Of a stretch of DNA of 64,000 bases, positions 44,408 through 53,931 are shown piece by piece. The stretch spans positions 7,754-71,753 of the forward strand of contig CALABV010000051.1 in the NCBI GenBank assembly GCA_937886325.1, written 5' to 3'. Source of the stretch: an uncultured Geobacter sp. Lineage in GTDB: Bacteria > Desulfobacterota > Desulfuromonadia > Geobacterales > Geobacteraceae. The notes under the pieces were generated by a model that worked only from the letters and a program-made list of their open reading frames with translations, was not told where the DNA came from and made no database searches. Positions within the stretch are counted from its first letter, which is position 1; each line of letters starts with the position of its first letter. The translations under genes were made by a program, and so were the position numbers.

Positions 44408-45653
44408 TCACGCCATTGAAATGGTGTGCTCGAAGGCCGGCATGGATACCGAATCCGTACCTGACATGTACGACGAAGTATTTCGATGCGACGACTCGTA
44501 CAGTGTCGGGATAATACGTTCATGGGATCGGTTCCTGGCTCTGCGGGAAACGTGGGACACCCTGGTTGAGCAACACGGGAGCCACTATCCGTTTCTTTGC
44601 CATGACTGGTTCCGCATATGGCTTAAACATTTTCAGGGAACGGCCGGACTTTGTATCGCACTGGTTACAAGGCACCACATACCGACGCTCATAGCTCCGT
44701 TGCTAACAAAGATTGATAAATACAAGAATATTGCGAATGTTAGGAAGATCGAGTTCATAGGGAATCACCATTCTCCCATAAAGTGCTTTATTTTTGGAGA
44801 AAATGAAAAGTCACAGAGAACTGATTCACTTATAGCTTTGTTTCGTTTTTTTGAATTTAATTACAAAAATTGGGACATCCTTGAACTTGATTCAATCCCG
44901 GTTGAAACGTTCCCATGCAGTAACTTGAAAGACATTGCATATAGTTATGGGTTTTCTGTACGTGACTTTGTGAGTTATAACAACTGGTATTTTGATGGAA
45001 TGAATCATTCATCGCAAGCATATTTTTCTAATTTACCTAAAAAAATCCGAGATGAATTGAAAAGACGACAAAAAAGGCTGGAAGAGTCTGGTTCCGTTAA
45101 TTTTATTATTGGCAGTAGCCTGTATGACTTTCCCCGACATATGGATCTCTATGATTGCGTAAGAGCTAGAAGCTGGAAACACCCTGAAAAAAACAAGGAT
45201 TTTCTCTGGGAAACGAGAGAAATGTATGCCTCTAAAGGATTGCTCCGGTTTTGTTTTGTTACTATTGATGATACACCTATCGCGGCTCAGTTAAGAATCG
45301 TATCCAACAGGACCGCATATTTCATGGAAGCACTTCATGACAAGCGTTATAACAACTTTGGACCTGGGAACCTGCTCAGATGGAAAGTTATCCAGCATCT
45401 TCTGGATATAGAGAAAGTATCATCAATTGACCAAATAAGAGGAGATGAAGATTACAAGGAATACTGGACACCTTTCAAGCGAAATAGAATAGGAGTAACT
45501 GTATTTAACACCTCACTAAAGGGGCAATTTTTCAGGATGCTTATGATGGCAGCAGTACCAGTAACCAAGAAAATCAAAATGTTTCTAAAACCAATCAAGC
45601 AAGTGATTCAACGGAATCAAATCACTACTGATTCACTACAAAGACTGGATTAG
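44394..45653 (+). CDS. CelD/BioF2-like GNAT (FemAB-related) acyltransferase, copy A
   Basis: ..FLCHDWFRIWLKHF.. and ..IDQIRGDEDYKEYW.. are shared with the next ORF. Composition becomes AT-rich from about 44.6 kb. Confidence 0.7.
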   Translation: MTLNNHAIEMVCSKAGMDTESVPDMYDEVFRCDDSYSVGIIRSWDRFLALRETWDTLVEQHGSHYPFLCHDWFRIWLKHFQGTAGLCIALVTRHHIPTLIAPLLTKIDKYKNIANVRKIEFIGNHHSPIKCFIFGENEKSQRTDSLIALFRFFEFNYKNWDILELDSIPVETFPCSNLKDIAYSYGFSVRDFVSYNNWYFDGMNHSSQAYFSNLPKKIRDELKRRQKRLEESGSVNFIIGSSLYDFPRHMDLYDCVRARSWKHPEKNKDFLWETREMYASKGLLRFCFVTIDDTPIAAQLRIVSNRTAYFMEALHDKRYNNFGPGNLLRWKVIQHLLDIEKVSSIDQIRGDEDYKEYWTPFKRNRIGVTVFNTSLKGQFFRMLMMAAVPVTKKIKMFLKPIKQVIQRNQITTDSLQRLD

Positions 45654-45654
45654 T

Positions 45655-46824
45655 ATGTCTTCAATACATATCAATTCAATTGATCTGTATGCAACAAATG
45701 GTTTGATAAATTTTGACAATTTATCCTCCATTGAACCTTTATGGGGAATATGCATCGACAAAGAGGCCCCGTATTCACCATATTCTACCTGTGAATGGTA
45801 CAAGCTTTGGCTAACATATTTTATAAAAAATAACACAGCAAGATTATTGTCATTTCATGATGATAATAATGTAAATATAATAGTTCCACTGTTATACTCT
45901 AAATTTAAATACAGAGGTATATTTATATCAAAATATGAACCTATAGGCAATGTATATTCTCCGATACGCAATATGGCTATATACAGTAATTGTAGTTTTA
46001 TTGATAATATTGATATTGTATTTGAACAAATCATAAGCAATGAGAATAAATGGGATATCATCGACATTTGTGAGGTTTCTAACGAGAGCAATTGGTTCTC
46101 TTCAGCATCAGAATTCTTCATCAGGAAAGGATTAGATATCAGGGAATATGATTGTTACGAAAATTGTTATTCAGACTGCATAACTGGAACAAGTGAGGGG
46201 TACTTCAACAACAGATCAAAAAGTTTCAGATTGAGCATTAGAAAGAACTACAACAGGTTGTCAAAAGCCGGCGATATCAGCTTCAGGGTGATCACCGGGG
46301 TGGCCGATTGTTCTGACTATTACGATTTATACAGCAGCATATATTCAAAGAGCTGGAAACGGAGAGAGAGTATCGGACTAGACTTCTTTCCTGACATGCT
46401 CAGATATGCCGAGAAGAATAATTGGCTGAGAATTGGTATTGTGTATCTTAACGAGTGCCCGATTGCAACTGTATTTGTGGTTGTTGCAGGGAAGCATGCC
46501 TATTTCGAAAAAGTTGCTTTCGACGAAGAATTTCGGAACTTCGGCGCAGGGTCGGTGTGCCTTTATGAGATGATTAAATATGTAATAGATGTCGACAAGG
46601 TGTCCGTTATCGATTTCCTGAGAGGCGCTGATGAATACAAGAAGCATTGGGTTGCTAAATGCAGAAAAAGAAAAGGGATGATGATCTACAACAATACGAT
46701 TCGAGGCAAATATCTATCCTTTGTAGACAATAAAATAGCACCTTTTGTCAACAATAACAAATTTTTGTCAAATATAAAAAGAATAGTGGTATCGACTTAC
46801 AAAAATGCAGGCAATGTTGAATAG
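45655..46824 (+). CDS. CelD/BioF2-like GNAT (FemAB-related) acyltransferase, copy B
   Basis: ..STCEWYKLWLTYF.. and ..IDFLRGADEYKKHW.. parallel copy A. Very AT-rich. Confidence 0.7.
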   Translation: MSSIHINSIDLYATNGLINFDNLSSIEPLWGICIDKEAPYSPYSTCEWYKLWLTYFIKNNTARLLSFHDDNNVNIIVPLLYSKFKYRGIFISKYEPIGNVYSPIRNMAIYSNCSFIDNIDIVFEQIISNENKWDIIDICEVSNESNWFSSASEFFIRKGLDIREYDCYENCYSDCITGTSEGYFNNRSKSFRLSIRKNYNRLSKAGDISFRVITGVADCSDYYDLYSSIYSKSWKRRESIGLDFFPDMLRYAEKNNWLRIGIVYLNECPIATVFVVVAGKHAYFEKVAFDEEFRNFGAGSVCLYEMIKYVIDVDKVSVIDFLRGADEYKKHWVAKCRKRKGMMIYNNTIRGKYLSFVDNKIAPFVNNNKFLSNIKRIVVSTYKNAGNVE

Positions 46825-48034
46825 GATAGGAGGAAGATCTGCTGCTTCACTGTGCAGCTATTTATGCAGACGTGATAGATTTAATCAATTCCCGTTTCCT
46901 CTCAACAATGCTGGAGAAATGTATTATTTCAGCGCACGATATGCACTTTCGGCTGGGATACAAGCCCTTGGAATTAAAAAAGGTGAGACTGTCTTGTTGC
47001 CTGCGTATAATTGCGGAATAGAAATTGAGCCGTTTCATTATTTAGAAGTCAATATTGATTTTTATCGAGTAAATTATGACTTAACTTTTGACATTGAAGA
47101 TATTACTAGACGAATGCGGAAAGGAGTTAAAGCTGTTTTGATAACGCATTACCTGGGTTTTCCGCAAGCCGTAGAAGAAATCCGTGAACTTTGCAACAAA
47201 TGGAATGCGTATCTGATTGAAGACTGCGCACATGCGCTGCTTAGTTCAAGCAACGGGAAAGACCTCGGAACGACTGGTGACATCTCGGTTTTCAGCCTGT
47301 TGAAGACTCTCCCGGTGCCGAACGGTGGAGTGCTGGTAATCAATAACCCGAAAACCAGGGTTCAGAGAGAAGAGTGCAGACCCAGCGTCTTTTCGACACT
47401 TTACTACCTTGCCGATCTGAAGAGACAGAAAACCAGTTCCGACAACCTCGCCACGGCCCTTATGGAATATCTGGTCTCCTCACTATTCTGGCATGGGGTA
47501 AACGTGGCAAAGCTTGCAGCTGCGGCAGTTGCCAAAGTAACCGGTAGAAAGATAGTGTCCTTCGTACGGCCCGATTCATACGTTTTCAAATCTGAAATCC
47601 TGAATTGGGGGATGTCGCCCCTCTCAATCAACATCATTAACACAACAAATTTCGATCTGTTAAAGGAAAGAAGGAGGGATAATTTCAAACACCTTCTGAA
47701 AAGGCTCTTTCAGTCAGAAATCCGGCAAGAATTCGGTTTCCCCATCGAAACCCTTCCCAATGGGGTTTGTCCGCTCTTCTTTCCCCTTCTCGTCAAGGAA
47801 GACGGCAAGCGTGAATACCTGTACCTGGCGCTGAAGGAACAGGGGATTGCGTCTCACCCCTGGTGGGACAGGTTTCACCCCGCGGTTCCGTGGGAGGAAT
47901 TTCCGGAAGCGGTCACTCTCAAGGAGAGGCTGCTCGGGATCCCGATCCACCAGGATCTCACGTTCGAGCACCTGGATCGCATAATCCTGGAACTGGAAAA
48001 AATTTGTCGCACCTTGCGCACAAGCAATGTCTGA
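46805..48034 (+). CDS. DegT/DnrJ/EryC1/StrS-family PLP enzyme (sugar aminotransferase/dehydratase-like)
   Basis: ..LLPAYNCGIEIEP.., ..LITHYLGFP.., IEDCAHAL, and GDISVFSLLKTLPVPNGG (PLP Lys context). Confidence 0.75.
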   Translation: MQAMLNRIGGRSAASLCSYLCRRDRFNQFPFPLNNAGEMYYFSARYALSAGIQALGIKKGETVLLPAYNCGIEIEPFHYLEVNIDFYRVNYDLTFDIEDITRRMRKGVKAVLITHYLGFPQAVEEIRELCNKWNAYLIEDCAHALLSSSNGKDLGTTGDISVFSLLKTLPVPNGGVLVINNPKTRVQREECRPSVFSTLYYLADLKRQKTSSDNLATALMEYLVSSLFWHGVNVAKLAAAAVAKVTGRKIVSFVRPDSYVFKSEILNWGMSPLSINIINTTNFDLLKERRRDNFKHLLKRLFQSEIRQEFGFPIETLPNGVCPLFFPLLVKEDGKREYLYLALKEQGIASHPWWDRFHPAVPWEEFPEAVTLKERLLGIPIHQDLTFEHLDRIILELEKICRTLRTSNV

Positions 48035-49496
48035 TATCAAGGTACTGATAAAGCAGTCATCCCACTATTTTGCCGGACAGGCCGCGATACTGGCAGCGGG
48101 GTTCCTCTCCTTTCCCATCCTGACACGTATTTTCTCGGTAAGCGATTACGGGCTCATGAGCCTTGTCACAACCACGCTGTTCATCGCGGTGGCCATCGTC
48201 AAGTTCGGAATGCCTACCTCGATAGTGCGATTCTATGCCGAGTACCGTGCCTCCGGCAAGCTTTCCTCCTTCATGACAACGATTTTTCTCGGAGTCTCAA
48301 GCTTTGCGATACTTGCAGGCGCATTCCTTGTCCTAGGCATTCAGCTTTTCGGGGATCTTTTTCACGACAAGAATCTGACGGCTATGATTCCCATAGTGTC
48401 TCTGCTGATTGTTTCTGGCTCCATGAACGATATTTTCATGAGTTTCATGAGAGCCGAACAGAGGACAAGACTCTATAATATCATTGCAATCTGTAGAAGG
48501 TACATGACTCTGGCATTTGGCATCACCTTCACTCTGTATCTGATACAGGGTGTAAGAGGATTTTTTGTCGGTCAATTGTTATCCGGAATCATCATTTTTG
48601 TGGTTTTGCTCTTTCTTGCAAAGAAAATGTTTGTATTAAAGAAAGTATATTTCTCGAAGGATATTTTCAAGACTTCACTTAAATTCGGGTTTCCCTTAGT
48701 ATGGGCTGAATTCGGCCACCTGATCCTGAACTATGTCGACAGATACCTCATTCAGTTCTTTCTCGGAGCAGGCGCACTCGGAATGTATACAGCAGGCTAT
48801 AACCTCGCAACACACATAACCGAAGCAATAATCTACCCCATCAACTATGCAATGACACCGGTGTACATGTCTATTCTGGTAAATAAGGGAGAGACTGAAA
48901 CGAAAGTGTTTTTTACAAAGATGTTCAGGTATTTCATTCTTGTGCTGCTGCCGGTGGTGTTCGGAAGCATTGCCGTGGGAAGGGATCTGATCTCCATCCT
49001 GGCGTCAAAGAAATACCTTGAGTCTTACACCGTCCTTTCCTACGTGCTGATAGGCCAGGCGGTGTACGCCTGCACCATTATCCTCAACAGCGGCCTGTTC
49101 ATCAACAAGAAGACGCATGTGCTGAACAATATCATGATTGCAACATGCGGTATCAATGTGCTGCTCAATATGGCGCTGATACCACGCTTCGGAATCGTCG
49201 GCGCGGCCCAGGCGACTCTCCTTTCCTATATTCTGTATGCAATCGTGGTTGTTTTCTTCTCGTTCAGGGAATTCAGTTTCCATATCGATTTTCGCCGTAT
49301 CCTCCTGTACACAGGCTCGTCGTTCCTCATGTTTTTTACGGTAAAGACAATCGACGCAGGAAACAGCCTGCTGAATGTACTCATGCAGATTGTGGCAGGC
49401 GCCGCCGTTTACATCACAACGGTGGTGCTGTTCGACACGGAGATACGCCGCACCCTGTCGGCATCCATGGCAACCATACGGAATCGGGGTTCCTAG
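48027..49496 (+). CDS. wzx: Wzx-type polysaccharide flippase (MOP superfamily)
   Basis: 489 aa, ~12-14 hydrophobic helices, N-terminus typical of polysaccharide biosynthesis proteins (SHYFAGQAAILAAGFLSFPILTRIFS). Confidence 0.8.
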   Translation: MSDIKVLIKQSSHYFAGQAAILAAGFLSFPILTRIFSVSDYGLMSLVTTTLFIAVAIVKFGMPTSIVRFYAEYRASGKLSSFMTTIFLGVSSFAILAGAFLVLGIQLFGDLFHDKNLTAMIPIVSLLIVSGSMNDIFMSFMRAEQRTRLYNIIAICRRYMTLAFGITFTLYLIQGVRGFFVGQLLSGIIIFVVLLFLAKKMFVLKKVYFSKDIFKTSLKFGFPLVWAEFGHLILNYVDRYLIQFFLGAGALGMYTAGYNLATHITEAIIYPINYAMTPVYMSILVNKGETETKVFFTKMFRYFILVLLPVVFGSIAVGRDLISILASKKYLESYTVLSYVLIGQAVYACTIILNSGLFINKKTHVLNNIMIATCGINVLLNMALIPRFGIVGAAQATLLSYILYAIVVVFFSFREFSFHIDFRRILLYTGSSFLMFFTVKTIDAGNSLLNVLMQIVAGAAVYITTVVLFDTEIRRTLSASMATIRNRGS

Positions 49497-49500
49497 GGTG

Positions 49501-50520
49501 ATGAAAAAGCTGGTCAAGCAAGTCCTCTACCTGGTCGTGTACTATTCCGGCATGCTCCGCTTGCTGATAGCGCTTTGCGGAAGGCCCGGAAAAAACCATC
49601 GCGCAGTGTTCCTCTTCTACCACCGTTTCCGCCGCCCCGGCGAAGGCGCGAAGGACCTCCTGCCGCGACTGGATTGCGAAGAGTTCGACCGGCAAATGGC
49701 ATACCTGAAAAAAACCTACGAAATCGTGAGTCTCGATGACTCGGCAACCCTGCTTCGGGAGGGAAAGGGTTTCAGGCGACCTTCCATCATCCTGAGCATA
49801 GATGACGGGTACAGGGACAACTATACGCTGGCGTACCCGATTATCAGAAAACATGACCTGCCGATCACCATCTTCCTCACTGCCGGCTTCATCGGCGGGG
49901 ATGCGGGTCTCTGGCTTGACGACATCGAATACGCGCTCCGGAGCACGGCCTGTCAAGGTTTCAGTCTTGAGAAGGTCCTGGGGAAGGAACGGGTTGACAT
50001 CTCAAACCAAGAGGGGAAGAAAGACGCCGAAAAAAAATTATACGCCGCACTGGTGAAAAAAGGGAAACGGGAGAGGCAGGATGCCCTGCGGGAGCTGTTC
50101 TCCGTCCTGGATGTTCCCGAGCCGTCCGTTTCCGGCCGTGAGCGCATCATGATGAACTGGGAAGAAGTGAACGAGATGGCGGCAAACGGTGTAGATTTCG
50201 GGGCGCACTCCGTGTCGCACTCGTTCCTCCCCGCCATGCCTCCTGACGAGGCGAAACGGGAAATCCTGGACTCGAAACGGATTATCGAGGAAAAGACGGG
50301 GAGAACGGTGCGTCACTTCGCCATTCCCAACGGCAAGAACGATGATTTCTCCCTGGAATTGACGGAATTCTGCAAGGAAGCGGGTTTCGATACGGTCGTC
50401 ACCACCGAACCGGGAGTCGTTGGATGTTTTTCGGATCCCTATTCCCTTGCGAGAATACTTCCGCCACCTCCCACCTATTATTTTGCCTGCGAACTGGCAA
50501 GATACATGCTCAGGAGGTAA
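49501..50520 (+). CDS. Polysaccharide deacetylase (NodB domain), paralogue 2
   Basis: Start MKKLVKQV just after the wzx stop. Contains LSIDDGYRDN and FGAHSVSHSFL. Confidence 0.82.
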   Translation: MKKLVKQVLYLVVYYSGMLRLLIALCGRPGKNHRAVFLFYHRFRRPGEGAKDLLPRLDCEEFDRQMAYLKKTYEIVSLDDSATLLREGKGFRRPSIILSIDDGYRDNYTLAYPIIRKHDLPITIFLTAGFIGGDAGLWLDDIEYALRSTACQGFSLEKVLGKERVDISNQEGKKDAEKKLYAALVKKGKRERQDALRELFSVLDVPEPSVSGRERIMMNWEEVNEMAANGVDFGAHSVSHSFLPAMPPDEAKREILDSKRIIEEKTGRTVRHFAIPNGKNDDFSLELTEFCKEAGFDTVVTTEPGVVGCFSDPYSLARILPPPPTYYFACELARYMLRR

Positions 50521-50522
50521 AT

Positions 50523-51977
50523 GTGAAAAGCATCTCAACGAAAAACATCGGAAATAGCCCGGGATATTCGAATGATGAAGGCTATGCGGTACTGCTTGTG
50601 TTCCTTGTATGTATTGCTCTCTGTATTTTCAGTTTTCGGAATGTCATTGCTGCTGAAACAGCGAAGTCCCCTGTACCGAAAGAAGAGGGACATCGGGATA
50701 GGTATATCGTAGATGATCTGACGTTCTATTCGGTACCCGATGTTCCGAGACCCGCAAAAGGTGTTCCGTATCGTAATCCGGTCTTTGGAACAAGCATTAC
50801 CCGTATAACGGATGCTCCAGTGGATGTGCCCGGACGCCGTTTCAAATATGCGCAGGCAGGATATCCGAAGCACGACATTGAGAATGCCGACGGCACAAAG
50901 CTCATTATACAGAGTCTTTCGGCTTCAGGATGGAGCGTCTGGAATGCGAGACCGCCGTTCGATAAGCTGCATGATATTTCTTCCAGACTGATAGGTTGGG
51001 CAAGTCCGTTGGATGCCCGCTGGAGCATGAACGATCCCGCTATTCTGTATTACACATATCTGAAAAAGTTCTGGCGGTATAATGTCAACAGCAAAGAAGC
51101 GGAAGCAGTGCATGATTTCTATCAAGACTTCCCACCCCGGCCTGGAGAAAAATATCCCAGTTGCAGTCCCTCCATGGAGGAAGAGGGAACTCAGTCCGAC
51201 GACAACCGGTATTGGCCATTCACGATAAAGTGCTACGACCCCTCTCGAAAACAGAAAAATCTCGATGCTTGGTATCAGGCCGCGCAGATCGTTTTTGATC
51301 TTGAACAGAAAAAGATTGTTGCCGCACTTCCCGCTGGGGATCCGTATTTCAAACATGCAAATGCAATCATGGTATCACCGCGGGGAAACTATCTCATCAT
51401 CGGCGCGCCACCCTGTTTCGTGTACGACAGGAAGTGGAAATTCCTCTACAGGGCCGAGACGCACGGACACTACGACCTCGCCCTGGATGACGAGGGAAGG
51501 GAGGTCATCGTTACGGTCGGCCGCTACTACGGGCCCACCGGGATGAAAGACATGGGGGAGTGGGTGAAAATGATCGATCTCGAAACCGGGAAGACCCAGT
51601 GGCTTGCTCCACTCGACAACACCCTGTACCACGTCTCGGGCAATTGCACCGACAAACCGGGCTGGGCAGTCGTCTCAACCTATGCGCCATCCGACTTCAG
51701 AAAATCGGCAAGATGGAGTGACGATTCGGTCATCATGTACGAACTTACGCGACGCATACCTAAGCCTGACAGGGCTCATCATGCCTTGGTATGGCGGCTG
51801 GCGCACACGCACATGGTGAAAAAGAGCTACGGTGACGATCCGTTCGCCAAAACAAACAAAAAAGGGACGAAAGTTTGGTTCGGGTCTGGATGGGGCAATT
51901 CTTTTCGGGACGGACAATATGACGTCTATCAGATAGATCTTCCTGAAAACTGGGAGAAACAGATCAGAAAAAAATAA
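50523..51977 (+). CDS. Membrane-anchored hypothetical protein (no family recognised)
   Basis: GTG start 5 nt after AGGAGG. N-terminal anchor YAVLLVFLVCIALCIFSF. The rest is rich in W/Y/D/G, suggestive of a beta-rich extracytoplasmic domain. Confidence 0.6.
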   Translation: MKSISTKNIGNSPGYSNDEGYAVLLVFLVCIALCIFSFRNVIAAETAKSPVPKEEGHRDRYIVDDLTFYSVPDVPRPAKGVPYRNPVFGTSITRITDAPVDVPGRRFKYAQAGYPKHDIENADGTKLIIQSLSASGWSVWNARPPFDKLHDISSRLIGWASPLDARWSMNDPAILYYTYLKKFWRYNVNSKEAEAVHDFYQDFPPRPGEKYPSCSPSMEEEGTQSDDNRYWPFTIKCYDPSRKQKNLDAWYQAAQIVFDLEQKKIVAALPAGDPYFKHANAIMVSPRGNYLIIGAPPCFVYDRKWKFLYRAETHGHYDLALDDEGREVIVTVGRYYGPTGMKDMGEWVKMIDLETGKTQWLAPLDNTLYHVSGNCTDKPGWAVVSTYAPSDFRKSARWSDDSVIMYELTRRIPKPDRAHHALVWRLAHTHMVKKSYGDDPFAKTNKKGTKVWFGSGWGNSFRDGQYDVYQIDLPENWEKQIRKK

Positions 51978-52078
51978 GATGATAACAAATAGTCATCAGA
52001 TTTTGAGCCATGGCATGTGATGTACTGCCTGTGACAGGCAGTGGATAGGAACAAAGGGTAAGTTAGGAGGATGATTCC

Positions 52079-52534
52079 ATGACAAGAATACTATTTCTAC
52101 TCTTCGTGATGATGTTTCTCCAATCAACAATCACCTTTTCACAACAACACAATATCGCCGAGATTCCGAGAATCAACGCCTGGGTTGCATACAAAAAATT
52201 CATGAAAGGAGACATACTCATTGTCGATGCGATGAACGAACGCACGTACGCGAAATACCACATAGTAGGAGCGATAAGCCTTCCGGGAGATGGCGTTGAT
52301 GATCTTGCACGTATTGAAGCAGCAGATCTGCAGATACCTTTCAACAAAGAGATCCTTGTCTATTGTGATTGAGCTGGTGAAGGTACCAGTGCCAGTGTGG
52401 CGCTGATTCTCAAGAAAAAAGGCTACGAGAAGGTTGAAGTTGTTAAAGGGGGGTGGAAGGCGATGACAAAGGCCGGCTTCCCTTATTTTTGGGAGGGAAG
52501 ACTCCGAATGCCGAAAACCGGGAAAAAATACTAG
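52079..52534 (+). CDS. Secreted single-domain rhodanese interrupted by in-frame TGA at 52370-52372 (candidate selenoprotein, or pseudogene)
   Basis: SD AGGAGGA and signal peptide MTRILFLLFVMMFLQSTITFSQQ. The ORF stops at ..KEILVYCD-TGA. The same frame continues AGEGTSASVALILKKKGYEKVEVVKGGWKAM..., the rest of a rhodanese fold, up to the TAG at 52532-52534. Confidence 0.55.
52387..52405 (+). other. Candidate SECIS-like hairpin downstream of the in-frame TGA
   Basis: CAGUGCC-AGUGU-GGCGCUG (7 bp including one G-U, GU in the loop) begins 15 nt after the UGA. A competing hairpin CUGGU-GAAGGU-ACCAG lies at 52374-52389. Confidence 0.3.
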
Positions 52535-52560
52535 CTTATTAATCCAGGAGAACCTGTTCC

Positions 52561-53931
52561 ATGCTTACACATTTTGCTCCTCTTGCCCTTTACATTCTTT
52601 CGATACCGGTGATGCTGGTTACGATCTTTCGTGTGGAAATCGGCATCCTGTTCTTTATGACATTTGTTCCCGTTATTGCCCTCATGAAGAAGATCGCCGA
52701 ACTGCCGGGAGGTAACAACTTCGCCGACTATCTTCTTGTCGCAATCGTCATCGGATGGTTGTTCAGTGCCGCCAGGGAGGACAAACCGTTGTTCATCAGC
52801 TCGCCGTTGAACGCCATTGTCATCATCGTCTGCATCGGGAGCCTTTTCAACCTGATCCGTGGCTACACATACATGTCCATGCCAGGCGAGATCAACCTGA
52901 CCCGTCTCATGGCATGGAAGAACTACATGATCCTCCCCCTGCTTTACTTCATCGGCGTCAACAACCTGGACACGGAAAAAAAGGTCCGGTGGGTCATCAT
53001 CTGCTTGCTCGTGACGTTGCTGGCAATGGATTTCAACTTTTACAGCACGTTCCGCTGGATGAGGGCCGAGCATTACAGTGATTCCATCAGGATAGAAGGG
53101 GCATTCAGTTTCCTGGGGCCCAACGAACTCGGCGTTTTCTATGCGATGTACACCATGCTGCTGTTCGGCATCTCCTACTTTGTGGAAGAGAAAAAGCTCA
53201 GGTACGCCATTTTCGCCGTGTGCGCCTGCAATCTCTACCCCATCCTCTTTTCCTATTCACGCGCCGCGTATATCAGCATCATGGCCGGCCTCCTGGCGCT
53301 CGGCATCCTCAAGGACAGGCGTATCCTGCTCGCAATCGTTGTCATCGTTCTTTTCTACCGCTTCATTCTCCCTGTCTCGGTCGTGGAGCGGATTGACATG
53401 ACCTTTCTCGAAAAGGAGTCCGTGAGTGAGCAGGCGGAACAATCGAGCGCCATGGACATCGGCGGTGTCGAGGTCGATACCGTCGGCAGGAAAGAGCTGT
53501 GGGAGAAAGCCAAGATGTATTTTGCCGAGCAGCCGCTGTTCGGCATCGGATTCGATACCTTCCGACACAAGGAAGGGATGATCACCCACAGCCTGTACAT
53601 GAAGATACTTGCCGAGCAAGGGCTGTTCGGCCTTGCCATTTTCATTCTCTTTATCGGAGCGCTCCTCAGGAAATCCTATATTTTGTTCAAAAAATCGGGG
53701 AGCAGTCTCGGCCGGGGAATCGGACTCGGTTTCTTCCTCTGCGTCGTCACCCACCTAGCCGGAAGCATCAGCGGCGACCAGTCACTCTACTACAACCTGA
53801 TGGCCATCTTCTGGCTCTTCATGGGAGTTGTGGCGAGCTTTACGGTCAAATTCGTCACGGCCGGAGAATCGGCTCAGGACGCCCCACACTTCGCAGGGAG
53901 AAATACGGAAACCTTGATCCGTAACGCCTGA
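52561..53931 (+). CDS. O-antigen ligase/polymerase family membrane protein (Wzy_C-like)
   Basis: ~11 TM helices. Periplasmic loop RIEGAFSFLGPNELGVFYAM and ..SYSRAAYIS.. are typical of Wzy_C/O-antigen ligase-like proteins. Confidence 0.8.
   Translation: MLTHFAPLALYILSIPVMLVTIFRVEIGILFFMTFVPVIALMKKIAELPGGNNFADYLLVAIVIGWLFSAAREDKPLFISSPLNAIVIIVCIGSLFNLIRGYTYMSMPGEINLTRLMAWKNYMILPLLYFIGVNNLDTEKKVRWVIICLLVTLLAMDFNFYSTFRWMRAEHYSDSIRIEGAFSFLGPNELGVFYAMYTMLLFGISYFVEEKKLRYAIFAVCACNLYPILFSYSRAAYISIMAGLLALGILKDRRILLAIVVIVLFYRFILPVSVVERIDMTFLEKESVSEQAEQSSAMDIGGVEVDTVGRKELWEKAKMYFAEQPLFGIGFDTFRHKEGMITHSLYMKILAEQGLFGLAIFILFIGALLRKSYILFKKSGSSLGRGIGLGFFLCVVTHLAGSISGDQSLYYNLMAIFWLFMGVVASFTVKFVTAGESAQDAPHFAGRNTETLIRNA

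Noticed and set aside
52561-53931. Considered this polytopic membrane protein as the missing exosortase.
   Set aside because: The large loop motif R-x-E-G-x-F-x-x-x-G-P-N-E-L-G and the following SRAAY segment are typical of Wzy_C/O-antigen-ligase proteins. I saw no exosortase-like Cys/Arg/His signature arrangement. An HMM test is still advisable.
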